Origin: Chromatiales bacterium
GTDB taxonomy: Bacteria > Pseudomonadota > Gammaproteobacteria > SZUA-152
Direction of reading: 5' to 3'
DNA length: 64,000 nucleotides
Assembly: GCA_026982555.1 (NCBI GenBank)
Contig: JALSGT010000036.1
Span: forward strand, 13,854-77,853
Position numbers and translations under genes: made by a program. Position 1 is the first letter of the stretch; each line of letters begins with the position of its first letter. Below the pieces are notes generated by a model. That model saw nothing but the letters and a program-made list of their open reading frames with translations, was not told the origin of the DNA and did no database searches. Below are positions 28,301-38,116 of this stretch, in pieces.

Positions 28301-30002
28301 GCTTGTACAGCAACAGGCTCAACAACAAAGAGAAGCCGAGGTATTAGCTGAACAGGAGCGTTTGGCTAACGCAGAAGTCATGCTGCGCAAACAGGAAATG
28401 GAAGATGTTGCACGCATTGCCAAGGAAGAGGCTGTACGAGCGCAACAGGTCGCCGAAAAAATGCGCTGGGAGGCAGAAGAAGAAATCAAACGCCTGAAAG
28501 CGGAAGCGGAAACCTCGCGTTTACAGGCTGAACTGGAGCACAAACGTTCCATTATCGCTGCGCGGCGTGAGGTGGATAAAAACAAAATCAAATTGGCAGC
28601 ACAGGCCAAGGCAAAAAAGGCCGCCGCCATTCAACAGCGCAAAAAAGCCGATGCTGATAAGGCACGCCGGGTCCGCGAAGCGAGAGAGGCAGCACTGAAG
28701 GCAATTGGTAAAAATGAAGAAAGTCTGGATGATTTTATGGAGCTGGAAGCTGCGGCGGAAGAAATTGCCGAAGTGGAAAATGCCATTATTGTGGATGAAA
28801 AAGAGATTGCCGAACGTGCCAAAGACCGGTCAAACCTGATTGATCCCCGGGAGGTGATGAAGGTCGAAAAACAGGAACAAAAACGCCAATGGGTATCAGA
28901 TGATTTTATCTGGGAAGCAACACTGGGCTATCGTGATGATCCGCATGTAGATGCTGTTGGTTCACCAGCGGACTCCGTGGGTGTTGAAAACGAGCGCAAC
29001 CAAAAAGCAGAGAAAATTGCCGAGGAAAAAGTGCGGCAGAAAGCTGCCACACAAAACCCGTCAATAGTTTTGGAGGACAAACAGGCAACGCAAAAATCAT
29101 TGTTTGAAACGCAGGAAATCAATCGGTCGATTCGACCACAGCAGGATGTAACAATACGGAAGTCGAAGCGTGGTCCAGGTGTGAGGTGGATGGCAGGCGC
29201 GGCGTTGTTTTTGGTGATCGTTTCCGGAGTGGGTTGGTTTTATCTTTCTGGTGGTGATGCGCCGGAAAGATTGAAAGCAGTGGTCAATCAAGGGACAGAG
29301 ACACTGGGTGAGCTTACCGACAGAGTAACCTCAAGCATTGGTGAAATAGGTCAGCCTGAACCTGAAGCATCTACTCGTTCCGACGACCTGGCGGATGTCA
29401 AAAGCAAAGAGACCATAGCGCGTTTACGTGAACGCCTGGAGTCAATCAAGGCTGAAGCCGCTCAAAAAACGAATGTGGAAACGAGGGCTGTGGTGGCACC
29501 AGTGGCGACGCCTGCTGTAGAGGTGGTGTCCCCCATAAGTGAATCTTCTGTGGCTGAAGTGTTAGAGGAAGCACCATCAATGTCGAATATTCAGGCTGAA
29601 GAACCAGCAGCAACAGCAGAAAAACAAGCGGAAGAAACTATAGAAGAAAACACGCTGGAGACGGTTGATGATGTGATGAAAGCATTGAATACGCCAGAGG
29701 CTGTTGCCGGGACAATAGAACCTGAAACTGCACCGGAAACTATTGAGCCCGAAGTGATAGAGACCGAAACAACGGATGTTGTGATTGAAGATGAGATCAG
29801 CACAGTGGAGTCGGTGGATGGCTTACCTATTGTCGATAAGGTGATTGACGTTGATGTGAACACCGCCGGAACAACAGCTCCTGCTGTCATAGGCGATACT
29901 GTCGCAGAAGAGCCGGAGAATACAATTTCGGGCAGTGTGGATGTGTTAGTACCAACAGAAGCGTTGCCAATAGAAAATAATGTGATACCCTCCAGCCAGT
30001 AG
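25380..30002 (+). CDS. Giant multidomain protein: 2x cNMP-binding, rhodanese, ~600-aa charged coiled-coil repeats, single TM, acidic C-terminal tail
   Basis: 1540 aa. Domain 1 about aa 30-120, with a degenerate phosphate-binding cassette. Domain 2 about aa 150-250, with GFGEEALI...RNASV as the cNMP phosphate-binding cassette. Rhodanese about aa 270-340. About aa 420-1050 is an E/A/R/Q coiled coil with six ~80-aa repeats centred on EQARLAAD(A/Q)ARSEAER. Hydrophobic helix VRWMAGAALFLVIVSGVGWFYL at about aa 1270, then a D/E/T/V/P-rich tail. Confidence 0.7.
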   Translation: MSAAKQLLDHKLLRSLSPLCDLSPDMLAELSGKSRVTQVVAGATIFKQGERDHRTLYLVAGKLELTDASGKTTKLVANSKQARQPLDPVSPHTVTAVAKTPVSLLNIDTDLLEMLLNWGGKQQSYEVSSLAVEEEDDTDWLSRFLQSKVFLKLRAENIQTMIMRMEEIKVRANTVVINQDDDDDNYYIIAKGKAKVARRVAPGAPLMKLAILTPGTGFGEEALISNGKRNASVTMMEDGTLMRLSKEDFISLLVAPILQYVSFDEAKAMTGPDVQWLDVRKLAEYSRGSLPGARNIQLAEMRLQLRKLNKLHKYIVFSDGGSRAAAAVFLLNQYGLDAFVLRDGLNAVSASALEKNVSKSPAQASIPAKSQDVPTLKPEDNVVSLHGEAATSVESDGRVEALMSKAKQRVQQEMQRTQAADNARKQALSEVARLKEEAAAARKKAEDEARRAADHARSEAERAAAQKRADDLAAEQAEREAAVQRAEAETARAEQAMQAQKKAEEEIERLKQDAAKARRDMEAQARQSADTAKKEAEDEIIRLKAEAEMARRRVEEQARLAADAARSETERKMAQQRAEEVSRHQQEAESALQKAEIEAMRAQQAEAARQQAEDEAERMRTRAEETQREMEEQARLAADQARSEAERDAARQRAEDLAEQQEELEDAVRKAESEAARAQAAESEVERLTKLADEARLQAEAQARMAADQARSEAEREMAAQRAQEMGRLQAEREEMARRAEDEACRTRAAEEARLQAEAEIQRLKVDAEVARMQLEEQAQRVADAARSDAERETMRAQAAEEARLQAVHELERLEAETEQTRLAAEAQARLAADAARSEAERAAASLRAEELAQQQAQLEEIARRAEEEAARAEEADAARQRAENEIIRRQAEAEEAERRATEESNRAREAETARQQMEKEMAQLRAEAAAAREQVEKQARLFAAAQKIEAEEAQKNNLAAMDAERKKREAAAALVQQQAQQQREAEVLAEQERLANAEVMLRKQEMEDVARIAKEEAVRAQQVAEKMRWEAEEEIKRLKAEAETSRLQAELEHKRSIIAARREVDKNKIKLAAQAKAKKAAAIQQRKKADADKARRVREAREAALKAIGKNEESLDDFMELEAAAEEIAEVENAIIVDEKEIAERAKDRSNLIDPREVMKVEKQEQKRQWVSDDFIWEATLGYRDDPHVDAVGSPADSVGVENERNQKAEKIAEEKVRQKAATQNPSIVLEDKQATQKSLFETQEINRSIRPQQDVTIRKSKRGPGVRWMAGAALFLVIVSGVGWFYLSGGDAPERLKAVVNQGTETLGELTDRVTSSIGEIGQPEPEASTRSDDLADVKSKETIARLRERLESIKAEAAQKTNVETRAVVAPVATPAVEVVSPISESSVAEVLEEAPSMSNIQAEEPAATAEKQAEETIEENTLETVDDVMKALNTPEAVAGTIEPETAPETIEPEVIETETTDVVIEDEISTVESVDGLPIVDKVIDVDVNTAGTTAPAVIGDTVAEEPENTISGSVDVLVPTEALPIENNVIPSSQ
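26650..28330 (+). repeat. In-frame tandem repeat region (~240 bp / ~80 aa units) encoding the coiled-coil array
   Basis: Recurrent nucleotide blocks such as gc.gc.ga.c.ggc.cg...gaagc.ga.cg. at ~26741, 27061, 27288, 27497, 27727 and 27875. The copies are diverged, mostly at synonymous positions. Confidence 0.6.
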
Positions 30003-30023
30003 TTGTCCGGGCAGGTGTAAGGT

Positions 30024-30545
30024 TTATTCTGGAGCAGGTATTGTTGCCGTTACGTATTCAAATGTGCTGGTGTGCAGGGTTTCACCTTTCTCGTTGTTTA
30101 CCACTACTTTCCATATGCCCGTCCATTCAGGCAGCAGATTCTTGCTGGAATAAACCCGCCAACGTGCTCCGGCACCAACTCTAAAGGTGATCTCAGCCAT
30201 GACCTGACCATTGTGTTCCCAGCGATGGGTAACAATTTGCCCGCCAAGCCCGCGCAGGTCTGTAAAGAAAAAAATCCGGCGGGTATCTGTCGAAAACGTG
30301 TCCAGTGTGTCGATTGGTTCTCTGTCAACAATGGCGGTGGTGAAAACGGCCCGTGCAACATGATCAGCTTTGTCGGCTACCGGGCTGGCTATTGCGGGCG
30401 TTAGTGCTGTTGCTGTTTCAATCTCGCTTGCTGTTTTTTCCGCAATTGCTGCAAGACTGGGGGATGTTATGACCACCCCGGTCAGTAGCGCTAACATCGT
30501 ATTACGGGTTATCCGTCCAGTGGAAACAAGGTAGGGGGCGAACAT
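30024..30545 (-). CDS. DUF2914 family secreted protein
   Basis: 173 aa with a signal peptide. C-terminal region ...FFFTDLRGLGGQIVTHRWEHNGQVMAEITFRVGAGARWRVYSSKNL... is typical of DUF2914. Confidence 0.5.
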   Translation of the reverse strand: MFAPYLVSTGRITRNTMLALLTGVVITSPSLAAIAEKTASEIETATALTPAIASPVADKADHVARAVFTTAIVDREPIDTLDTFSTDTRRIFFFTDLRGLGGQIVTHRWEHNGQVMAEITFRVGAGARWRVYSSKNLLPEWTGIWKVVVNNEKGETLHTSTFEYVTATIPAPE

Positions 30546-30758
30546 GAGACTGACTCCTTTACTATCTTATTTTGGGGTTTCTAGCCGGTGTTGTGTCCCG
30601 GGCTTTTGGTTATATATCGGGTGGTTGGCAGAATGAGTGTATCAGAGTTCGTGCGTACGGAAACGGCTGATGGCGTGGTTGGTAAAATTGCCGCTGGGGC
30701 GGCTTGCTATTGAATAGCCTTTGTTGTACCGCTATTTTCCGTTGAATTTCTAGTGTTT

Positions 30759-31211
30759 TTATTTGCACCATTGATCAGCGACTTTTTGTGCTTCAAGTAA
30801 GCGTGCCTGAATGTCTGCATCACTGAGAAAGCGGCGTTCTCCCTGATCGGTGATTTCGTACTGGCGACCGCCAAGTTTCAGGCTGATGACACGACGTTTC
30901 GCACGGGAACAATTTTCATCCCGACGTTCTTTTTCTGCTGCGGCCTTGTTTGCAGCCTCTTTTTTATCTTTGCGTTCTTTGGCAAAGGCATCCAGCAGCT
31001 TATTGGTAGCATCCTGTTGATTGACCGGTTGGGGAGCCTGTGTGCGGGCCGGGCCTTTGGGCACCGTGATTTGTGTGGCCTGTTGACTGGGGGGGCGTTC
31101 ACCGTAATGGGTATTACCTTCACTGTCTGTCCATTTGTAGATTTTATTGGCAAAACTCAGAGGTGACAGGCATAACAGGAAAACAGTTGTCAGGGTAATC
31201 AGATGTTTCAT
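30759..31211 (-). CDS. DUF4124 family secreted protein
   Basis: Start at MKHLITLTTVFLLCLSPLSFA (31211). Motif KIYKWTDSEGNTHYGERPP is the DUF4124 signature; basic/Ala-rich C-terminus. Confidence 0.6.
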   Translation of the reverse strand: MKHLITLTTVFLLCLSPLSFANKIYKWTDSEGNTHYGERPPSQQATQITVPKGPARTQAPQPVNQQDATNKLLDAFAKERKDKKEAANKAAAEKERRDENCSRAKRRVISLKLGGRQYEITDQGERRFLSDADIQARLLEAQKVADQWCK

Positions 31212-31600
31212 GCATAACCTCATCGAGGGTGGACGTTGCAGGGAGCATAGCGTGGAACAGGAAGCCTGTAAATTTAACGGCGCTTCAAGTGCAGACTTTA
31301 GCAGGTCGTTGATCACCCAGCGTTTTCAAAAAAACATAAATACACTCATAGCGGTTGGGATTTAGGCCTGAATCTCAAAACACGCAACTGACATTTGACC
31401 CTAATATTTTGCATGTACTGTTACGTATCCACCTGTTTTTTTATTGTCCCGTAACAATATATCCATCGTTAGCATTGCAGATATCCTGGGGGTTTTTCGA
31501 TGAGACGCCATGGAAACTATTTCGGCGTGCAATGGATGGAAAAATAACAATGAAAAGTTTTGATGTAAAACTCAATATTATTCCTCCAAAAATGTCTGCA

Positions 31601-31628
31601 AAAAAAGCGCCCGGCGAAGGGCGCTTGA
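31601..31628 (-). terminator. Rho-independent terminator of amtB
   Basis: On the minus strand: stem GCGCCC, loop ttcgcc, stem GGGCGC, followed by TTTTTTT (plus strand reads aaaaaaGCGCCCggcgaaGGGCGC). Confidence 0.75.
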
Positions 31629-31681
31629 CGTTGTCTGTTTGCGGACAGACTTATTGTTGTGTTGTTTAACCTAGGTTTAAG

Positions 31682-32965
31682 CTATTTGTTGGTGAATTCG
31701 GGATAAGCCTCCATACCACACTCGGTAAGATCGACTCCCTCATACTCCTCTTCTTCCGTGACGCGCACACCCATGATCATTTTGATGATTATCCAGGTTA
31801 TGTAGCTGGCCACGAATACCCAGATCAGAATGGTAAGCATGCCTACGATTTGGCCGCCGAAGCTGGCACCGTCGTTGGTAAGTGGTACGGCCAACAGACC
31901 CCATATACCAACGACGCCATGCACTGAAATGGCACCCACGGGATCATCAATCTTCAGCTTGTCCAGGCCAATGATGGCGAATACCACCAGCAGTCCACCG
32001 AAACCACCAATCAGAGTGGCTTCCAAAGCAGAGGGTGTGGACGGCTCAGCAGTAATTGCCACCAAACCCGCTAACGCGCCATTAAGCGTCATGGTTAAAT
32101 CAGCCTTGCCGAACAGCAGTTTGGCCACAATCAGCGCAACGATCACGCCACCCGCAGCAGCGGCATTCGTGTTCAGAAACACCATGGCCACCGAGTTGGC
32201 ATTGGCAATATCGCCCAGTTTGAGCACGGAACCACCGTTGAAGCCGAACCAGCCCATCCACAAAATGAATGTGCCCAGCGTTGCCAGGGGGAGATTGGCA
32301 CCCGGGATTGCGTTAACCGAGCCGTCTTTGCCGTATTTGCCCTTACGAGCACCCAATACCAGTACGCCGGCTAAAGCCGCAGCTGCACCTGCCATATGCA
32401 CAATGCCGGAACCGGCAAAATCGGAAAACCCGAAATCATCGCCCAGGTTATACATGCCAAACACAGAATTGCCACCCCAGGTCCAGCTGCCTTCCATGGG
32501 GTAGATGAAGCCGGTCATCACTACCGCAAACAACATGAATGCCCAAAGTTTCATGCGTTCTGCAACGGCACCGGAAACGATGGACATGGCGGTTGCCACA
32601 AAAACCACCTGGAAGAAGAAGTCAGATGCATTGGAATACACGGCACCTCCATCAAAACCGGCTTCGGCGGATTCTTTTAATACCGCGCCAACCATGGCGT
32701 CTGTATTTTCAGCCCCGTCCAGTACGATGTTGGCCAGGAACATACCGCCGTCATACATGATGTCGTAGCCGATAGCCAGATACATAGTGCAGGCGATGGC
32801 AAACAATACAACGTTTTTGGTGAGAATTTCCGTGGTGTTTTTTGAACGGACCAAGCCCGCTTCCAGCATGGCAAATCCTGCTGCCATCCACATGACCAAG
32901 GCACCACACACCAGAAAATAGAAGGTGTCCATGGCGTACTGCAAATGAAAAATATTAGCTTCCAT
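31682..32965 (-). CDS. amtB: Ammonium transporter
   Basis: 427 aa, 11-TM Amt family. Conserved twin-His / Phe-gate-like regions; encoded directly downstream of glnK. Confidence 0.93.
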   Translation of the reverse strand: MEANIFHLQYAMDTFYFLVCGALVMWMAAGFAMLEAGLVRSKNTTEILTKNVVLFAIACTMYLAIGYDIMYDGGMFLANIVLDGAENTDAMVGAVLKESAEAGFDGGAVYSNASDFFFQVVFVATAMSIVSGAVAERMKLWAFMLFAVVMTGFIYPMEGSWTWGGNSVFGMYNLGDDFGFSDFAGSGIVHMAGAAAALAGVLVLGARKGKYGKDGSVNAIPGANLPLATLGTFILWMGWFGFNGGSVLKLGDIANANSVAMVFLNTNAAAAGGVIVALIVAKLLFGKADLTMTLNGALAGLVAITAEPSTPSALEATLIGGFGGLLVVFAIIGLDKLKIDDPVGAISVHGVVGIWGLLAVPLTNDGASFGGQIVGMLTILIWVFVASYITWIIIKMIMGVRVTEEEEYEGVDLTECGMEAYPEFTNK

Positions 32966-32983
32966 TATTATGTGCTCCCCGTT

Positions 32984-33379
<396 letters not shown>

Positions 33380-33841
33380 TTACTGATGATTGCTACTGCT
33401 TACTGCGAAGTTGCAGTCCGAAAGAGTCGCCTGGGTTTATTTGATCTCATTATTTTTTTCATATTTTCTCCCCAAATTAAGAGTGTGTTAATGGATTGGA
33501 AAATCTCCAATCACCTGTAGCATCGACTGTGCCAAGATACGTAATGGTATTTTTTTCAGTAAGTTATGATAATTTTACAGGTTCAGCTGATGCTGCCCCG
33601 CACCAAAATGAGGAAATCGACAAAGGTGCGCACCATCATTGAGCGCTATATTGGTGCAGACATTTTTTGGGCATGCAAAATAGGCTACATTGGGAGTTGC
33701 GTGGTGAGCCACTGGTCAGCACCCGTCTTATCTCGTTAAGGTAATATGTGACCTAAATCTTGTGAGCACGATCATTTGCAGGATGTGAGGCGTGACAGAT
33801 GCGACGCATTTGTTGAGACAATCATGAAGGAGATCAACAAG

Positions 33842-34099
33842 ATGTTTGAGAATCGTTTAGACCCTAAAAAACTGGATGAACTGGCTCGCGGCGTGTTGGA
33901 CAAACTGCCTGCTGGTTTTCAGACCATGCAACAGGATATGGAAAAAAACCTGCGGGCAGCCTTGCAAGCTGCACTAGCCAAAATGGAGTTGGTAACCCGC
34001 GACGAATTTGAAGTGCAAAGCGCGGTATTGCAGCGTAGTCGCGAAAAACTGGAGGCGCTGGAAGCAAGGGTGGCTGAACTGGAAAAACAACTGAAGTAG
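33842..34099 (+). CDS. ubiK: Ubiquinone biosynthesis accessory factor UbiK (YqiC/BMFP family)
   Basis: About 85 aa from MFENRLDPKKLDELARGV... (SD GGAG 8 nt upstream). C-terminal coiled coil VTRDEFEVQSAVLQRSREKLEALEARVAELEKQL. Confidence 0.7.
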   Translation: MFENRLDPKKLDELARGVLDKLPAGFQTMQQDMEKNLRAALQAALAKMELVTRDEFEVQSAVLQRSREKLEALEARVAELEKQLK

Positions 34100-34188
34100 T
34101 TTTTTCCCGGAAGAGACATACACCCAACAAGCTCCCGGCATTCCTGGCATGAGGTAGAATGCCATCATGTTGTTACCGGCGGACTGCC

Positions 34189-35550
34189 ATGCCCAATTCA
34201 AATAAAGAACACGAGCACCGCACCAAACGATTGCAGGCATTCACGGATTTGCTCCGTGATGGCACGCTTGCCCGCGTGAAACGCGAATTGCACGAGTTGC
34301 ATCCGGCAGAAATTGCTCATTTACTGGAAGCTCTACCGCATGAGCAGCGTGATGCAATATGGGAGCTGGTTTCAGCCGAGCAGGAAGGCGACGTGTTGTT
34401 GCAAGTCAACGATGATGTGCGTGAGCGACTGATTCGTGACATGGACAACAGCGAGTTGCTGGCTGCTGCCGAAGGGCTGGAAACGGATGATCTCGCCGAT
34501 ATTCTCAGCGATTTTCCTGATGCGGTGACGGATCAGGTGTTGGAAGCTATGGACGCCCAGCACCGCGAGCGCCTGGAAGCAGTGATGTCTTATCCGGAAG
34601 ACACGGCTGGCGGGCTGATGAATATCGACACCATCACTGTGCGTGCAGATATCAGTCTCGATGTTGTCCTGCGTTACCTGCGCCGCATTGGTGAAATTCC
34701 GGAAATGACCGATCAGCTCATCGTGACCAATCGCGAAAATAAATATCTCGGGCTGTTGCCACTGACAACTCTGCTGATCAAAAATCCCGATACGCTGGTT
34801 GCAGAACATATGGATCGTGAACGGGAGGCGATTCTTGCCACTTTGCCGGAGCAGGAAGTCGCCAGCCTGTTTGAAAAACGTAATCTGGTGTCTGCACCCG
34901 TGGTGGACGAAGAAGGTCGGCTTCTGGGTCGTATTACCATCGATGATGTGGTGGATGTGATTCGTGATGAAGCCGAGCATTCGTTGATGAGCATGGCGGG
35001 TCTTTCGGAAGAGGACGACATGTTTGCACCCGTGGCCACCAGCTCACAACGCCGGGCTGTCTGGCTGGGTGTGAATCTACTCACCGCTTTGCTGGCATCA
35101 TGGGTCATTGGCCAGTTCGATGCCACCCTGGAGAAAATGGTGGCACTGGCCATTCTCATGCCCATTGTTGCCAGCATGGGTGGTATCGCGGGTAACCAGA
35201 CTCTGACGTTAGTCATTCGTGGTATGGCGCTGGGGCAAATCAGTCGTTCCAACGCGCGACGGCTGTTTAACAAGGAGCTGCTGGTCGGCGGGCTCAATGG
35301 GGTGATTTGGGCGCTGATTGTCGGCGGTATTGTTATGGCCTGGTTTGGTGATGCACAGTTAGGCGGCATTATCGCCGCTGCAATGCTGATTAACCTGATT
35401 GTTGCTGCCATGGCCGGGGCGACCATTCCGTTGATGCTCAAGCGTGTTGGTATTGACCCTGCGCTGGCGGGTGGTGTGTTGCTGACCACGGTCACGGATG
35501 TCATTGGCTTCCTGGCCTTTTTGGGGCTGGCAGCCCTGCTATTGTATTAG
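34189..35550 (+). CDS. mgtE: Magnesium transporter MgtE
   Basis: About 453 aa from MPNSNKEH. N-domain, CBS pair, C-terminal 5-TM domain. Confidence 0.88.
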   Translation: MPNSNKEHEHRTKRLQAFTDLLRDGTLARVKRELHELHPAEIAHLLEALPHEQRDAIWELVSAEQEGDVLLQVNDDVRERLIRDMDNSELLAAAEGLETDDLADILSDFPDAVTDQVLEAMDAQHRERLEAVMSYPEDTAGGLMNIDTITVRADISLDVVLRYLRRIGEIPEMTDQLIVTNRENKYLGLLPLTTLLIKNPDTLVAEHMDREREAILATLPEQEVASLFEKRNLVSAPVVDEEGRLLGRITIDDVVDVIRDEAEHSLMSMAGLSEEDDMFAPVATSSQRRAVWLGVNLLTALLASWVIGQFDATLEKMVALAILMPIVASMGGIAGNQTLTLVIRGMALGQISRSNARRLFNKELLVGGLNGVIWALIVGGIVMAWFGDAQLGGIIAAAMLINLIVAAMAGATIPLMLKRVGIDPALAGGVLLTTVTDVIGFLAFLGLAALLLY

Positions 35551-35576
35551 TATTTACGGTTGCGGATAATCAGCCG

Positions 35577-36014
35577 ATGCCTGCGCCAGAAACGCCCAAA
35601 CTGACCGTCGATATTATTATCGAGCTCATCGACCAGCCTGGTCGGCCCATATTGCTCATCGAGCGTAAAAACCCGCCACACGGCTGGGCACTACCCGGTG
35701 GTTTCGTTGATGTGGGTGAAAGTCTGGAGCAGGCTGCCGTGCGGGAAGCAGCGGAAGAAATCTCACTGCCGGTAAAACTCATCACTTTGTTGGGATGTTA
35801 CTCGGAGCCAACCCGTGACCCGCGTGGTCACACCGTTTGTGCCGTATATACCGCTGAGGCCAGTGGCGAACCCCAGGCTGCTGATGATGCCGCGAACGTG
35901 CAGGTGTTTTTGCCTGAAGATCTGCCTTCACCTCTGGCTTTTGATCATGCGTTGATTCTTGCGGATTATCTGAATTATCGGCAAAACGGCGAACGGACAC
36001 CGTTGCGAGGTTAA
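35577..36014 (+). CDS. NUDIX hydrolase
   Basis: 145 aa. Nudix box [24 protein letters not shown]. Confidence 0.85.
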   Translation: MPAPETPKLTVDIIIELIDQPGRPILLIERKNPPHGWALPGGFVDVGESLEQAAVREAAEEISLPVKLITLLGCYSEPTRDPRGHTVCAVYTAEASGEPQAADDAANVQVFLPEDLPSPLAFDHALILADYLNYRQNGERTPLRG

Positions 36015-36138
36015 GAGGCTAAAAAAACCGCTCTTTAAACACAGGCAACAACCTAAAGCCCCTTTGGTGCCTGCCGATACCACCGGTATTAAACGAGCAC
36101 CTGGCCTATGCCAGTGACCACTTGCAAGGATTGCCACC

Positions 36139-37347
36139 GTGTCCGATTTTTTCATTGCCCGCCAACCCATCTATGATCGCAAATTGTATGTGTATGCCTA
36201 CGAACTGCTGTATCGTTCCAGTGAAAACAATTACGCTGACGTGGTGGATGGCGACGACGCGACTTCCCAGGTGCTGATCAATGCGCTGATGGAGGTCGGC
36301 CTGCCTGAACTGGTAGGACAATCACTGGCCTTTATCAATCTCACGGAGCGTTACATTGTGGAAGGCCTGCCGCCATCGTTGGCTCAGGACAATCTGGTGC
36401 TGGAGGTATTGGAAGACATCGAACCCACGGAAGCCGTGATTACCGGTCTGAAAAAACTGAAAGCTGCGGGCCACGTCATCGTTCTCGACGATTTTATTTG
36501 TGATGAGAGCAAACGGACATTGGTAGAGCTGGCAGATATCATCAAATTTGATCTGTTCACTTTGCCGGGAAGTGCATTAACCGAACAGGTCAAAAAACTT
36601 CGCCCAACCGGTGTACGTTTACTGGCAGAAAAAGTTGAAACCCCCGAAGAGTACGAATATTGCAAAGCGTTGGGTTTTGATTATTTTCAGGGATACTTTT
36701 TTTGCAAGCCGAAAATTGTTAAAGGCGCACGTACACTGACAAGCCGCATGGCCATCATGCAATTGTTGACCAAGTTGCAGAATCCTGAACTGGATTTCGG
36801 TGAATTACAAACATTGGTGGCACAGGATGTTTCTCTGTCATACCGGATTTTGCGTTATATCAATTCCGCGCATGTCAGTGTTGGACGAAAAGTTGAGTCC
36901 ATACAGCAGGCTATCAGTTTGTTGGGTCTTAATACCATCAAAACCTGGGTAGCGATCCTGGCCATGTCCAGTATTGATGACAAGCCCTACGAACTGATTC
37001 TCACAGCACTGATTCGTGCGCACATGTGCGAAATACTGTCCACGGGCACACCTGTATCTGCTGAAAACGCTTTCACCGTGGGTCTATTCTCAGTATTGGA
37101 TGCCTTCATTAATAAACCACTGGATGAAATTCTGGATACCTTGCCGCTATCCGATACACTGCATTATGCGCTATTGGATAAAACCGGTGAGCTGGGGCAG
37201 CTGCTGTCACTGGTATTAAGTTATGAGCGTGGTCAATGGAACGATCTGAGCAACACACACTATGACGGTGGCACTTTGCGTACAGCCTACCTGGCATCGA
37301 TTCGCTGGGCGGGTGACATCAGTGATTCACTGATTACCAAAAAATAA
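36139..37347 (+). CDS. EAL-domain plus HDOD-domain signalling protein (EAL variant ELL, degenerate loop 6)
   Basis: 402 aa. N-terminal EAL fold (YAYELLYRS, LEVLED, EKVETPEEY, FQGYFF). The canonical DDFGTGYSS reads DDFICDESK. C-terminal HDOD domain (MAIMQLLTKLQNPELDFGEL...). Confidence 0.75.
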   Translation: MSDFFIARQPIYDRKLYVYAYELLYRSSENNYADVVDGDDATSQVLINALMEVGLPELVGQSLAFINLTERYIVEGLPPSLAQDNLVLEVLEDIEPTEAVITGLKKLKAAGHVIVLDDFICDESKRTLVELADIIKFDLFTLPGSALTEQVKKLRPTGVRLLAEKVETPEEYEYCKALGFDYFQGYFFCKPKIVKGARTLTSRMAIMQLLTKLQNPELDFGELQTLVAQDVSLSYRILRYINSAHVSVGRKVESIQQAISLLGLNTIKTWVAILAMSSIDDKPYELILTALIRAHMCEILSTGTPVSAENAFTVGLFSVLDAFINKPLDEILDTLPLSDTLHYALLDKTGELGQLLSLVLSYERGQWNDLSNTHYDGGTLRTAYLASIRWAGDISDSLITKK

Positions 37348-37521
37348 CGTTATCTGTCTGTCAGCAAAAGTCAGTCGCCGCTCAGGCATTCAATAAGCTG
37401 GTCTCCCCGGAATCCTGACCCGCACAAAATATGTGTGGAAATAAAAATCCCCGAACGACCCCGCCCGCAACTTGCGGTACAATCCGCTCTCATTTAAATC
37501 GGACGCATCAGTAATATTCTC

Positions 37522-38097
37522 GTGACCAACCTACCTTTAGGCAAACACCGATTTGAGCCCCGCTGGCAGGCGTGGTCACCTGTTGCCCGCCATGGCGCAC
37601 CGCCTGAGCTGCTGGCGTGGTTGCTGGATTCCACTTCGTTGACCCGTCGTTTGCAGCAGACATGCCGGGGTCAGTTTCGTGTCGAGCCTGCTGAGCAACA
37701 CTGGCAGCGACCCATGTTGAATGAGGCACAGGCGCTGGGCGCATTGCCACATGAGCGCTGTTTTGTGCGTGAAGTGCGTTTGTTATGTGATGATCAGCCA
37801 TGGGTGTTTGCTCGCACGGTGATTCCGGTGCGCACCTTGACCGGACCCCGCCGCCGTCTGTCACGGCTGGGCAAAAAACCATTGGGTGCGGTGTTGTTCG
37901 CGGACCGCTCTATGGTGCGCAGTGGCATTGAAGTTACGCGGTTGTCGTCAGATCAGCCACTGTTTACGCGCGCCACAACAGGTTTGTCGCAATTGCCGAC
38001 GAATATCTGGGGGCGGCGGTCAGTTTTTTTTCTTAACCAGCATCCATTGCTGGTGAGTGAAATTTTTCTCTCCGCCATCTGCCGGCATCAGAATTAG
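37522..38097 (+). CDS. ubiC: Chorismate pyruvate-lyase
   Basis: 191 aa UbiC-family protein directly upstream of ubiA, the conserved ubiCA pair. Confidence 0.7.
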   Translation: MTNLPLGKHRFEPRWQAWSPVARHGAPPELLAWLLDSTSLTRRLQQTCRGQFRVEPAEQHWQRPMLNEAQALGALPHERCFVREVRLLCDDQPWVFARTVIPVRTLTGPRRRLSRLGKKPLGAVLFADRSMVRSGIEVTRLSSDQPLFTRATTGLSQLPTNIWGRRSVFFLNQHPLLVSEIFLSAICRHQN

Positions 38098-38116
38098 TCG
38101 GCTACAGTATCTGCCC

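Noticed and set aside
25937-28822. Numerous long ORFs on both strands across the giant gene
   Set aside because: The GC-rich, low-complexity repetitive coding DNA (Ala/Glu/Arg codons) leaves every frame open. Only the + frame gives recognisable domains and a continuous 1540-aa product.
31830-32768. 224-aa and other plus-strand ORFs inside amtB
   Set aside because: Antisense to amtB, an unambiguous Amt family member.
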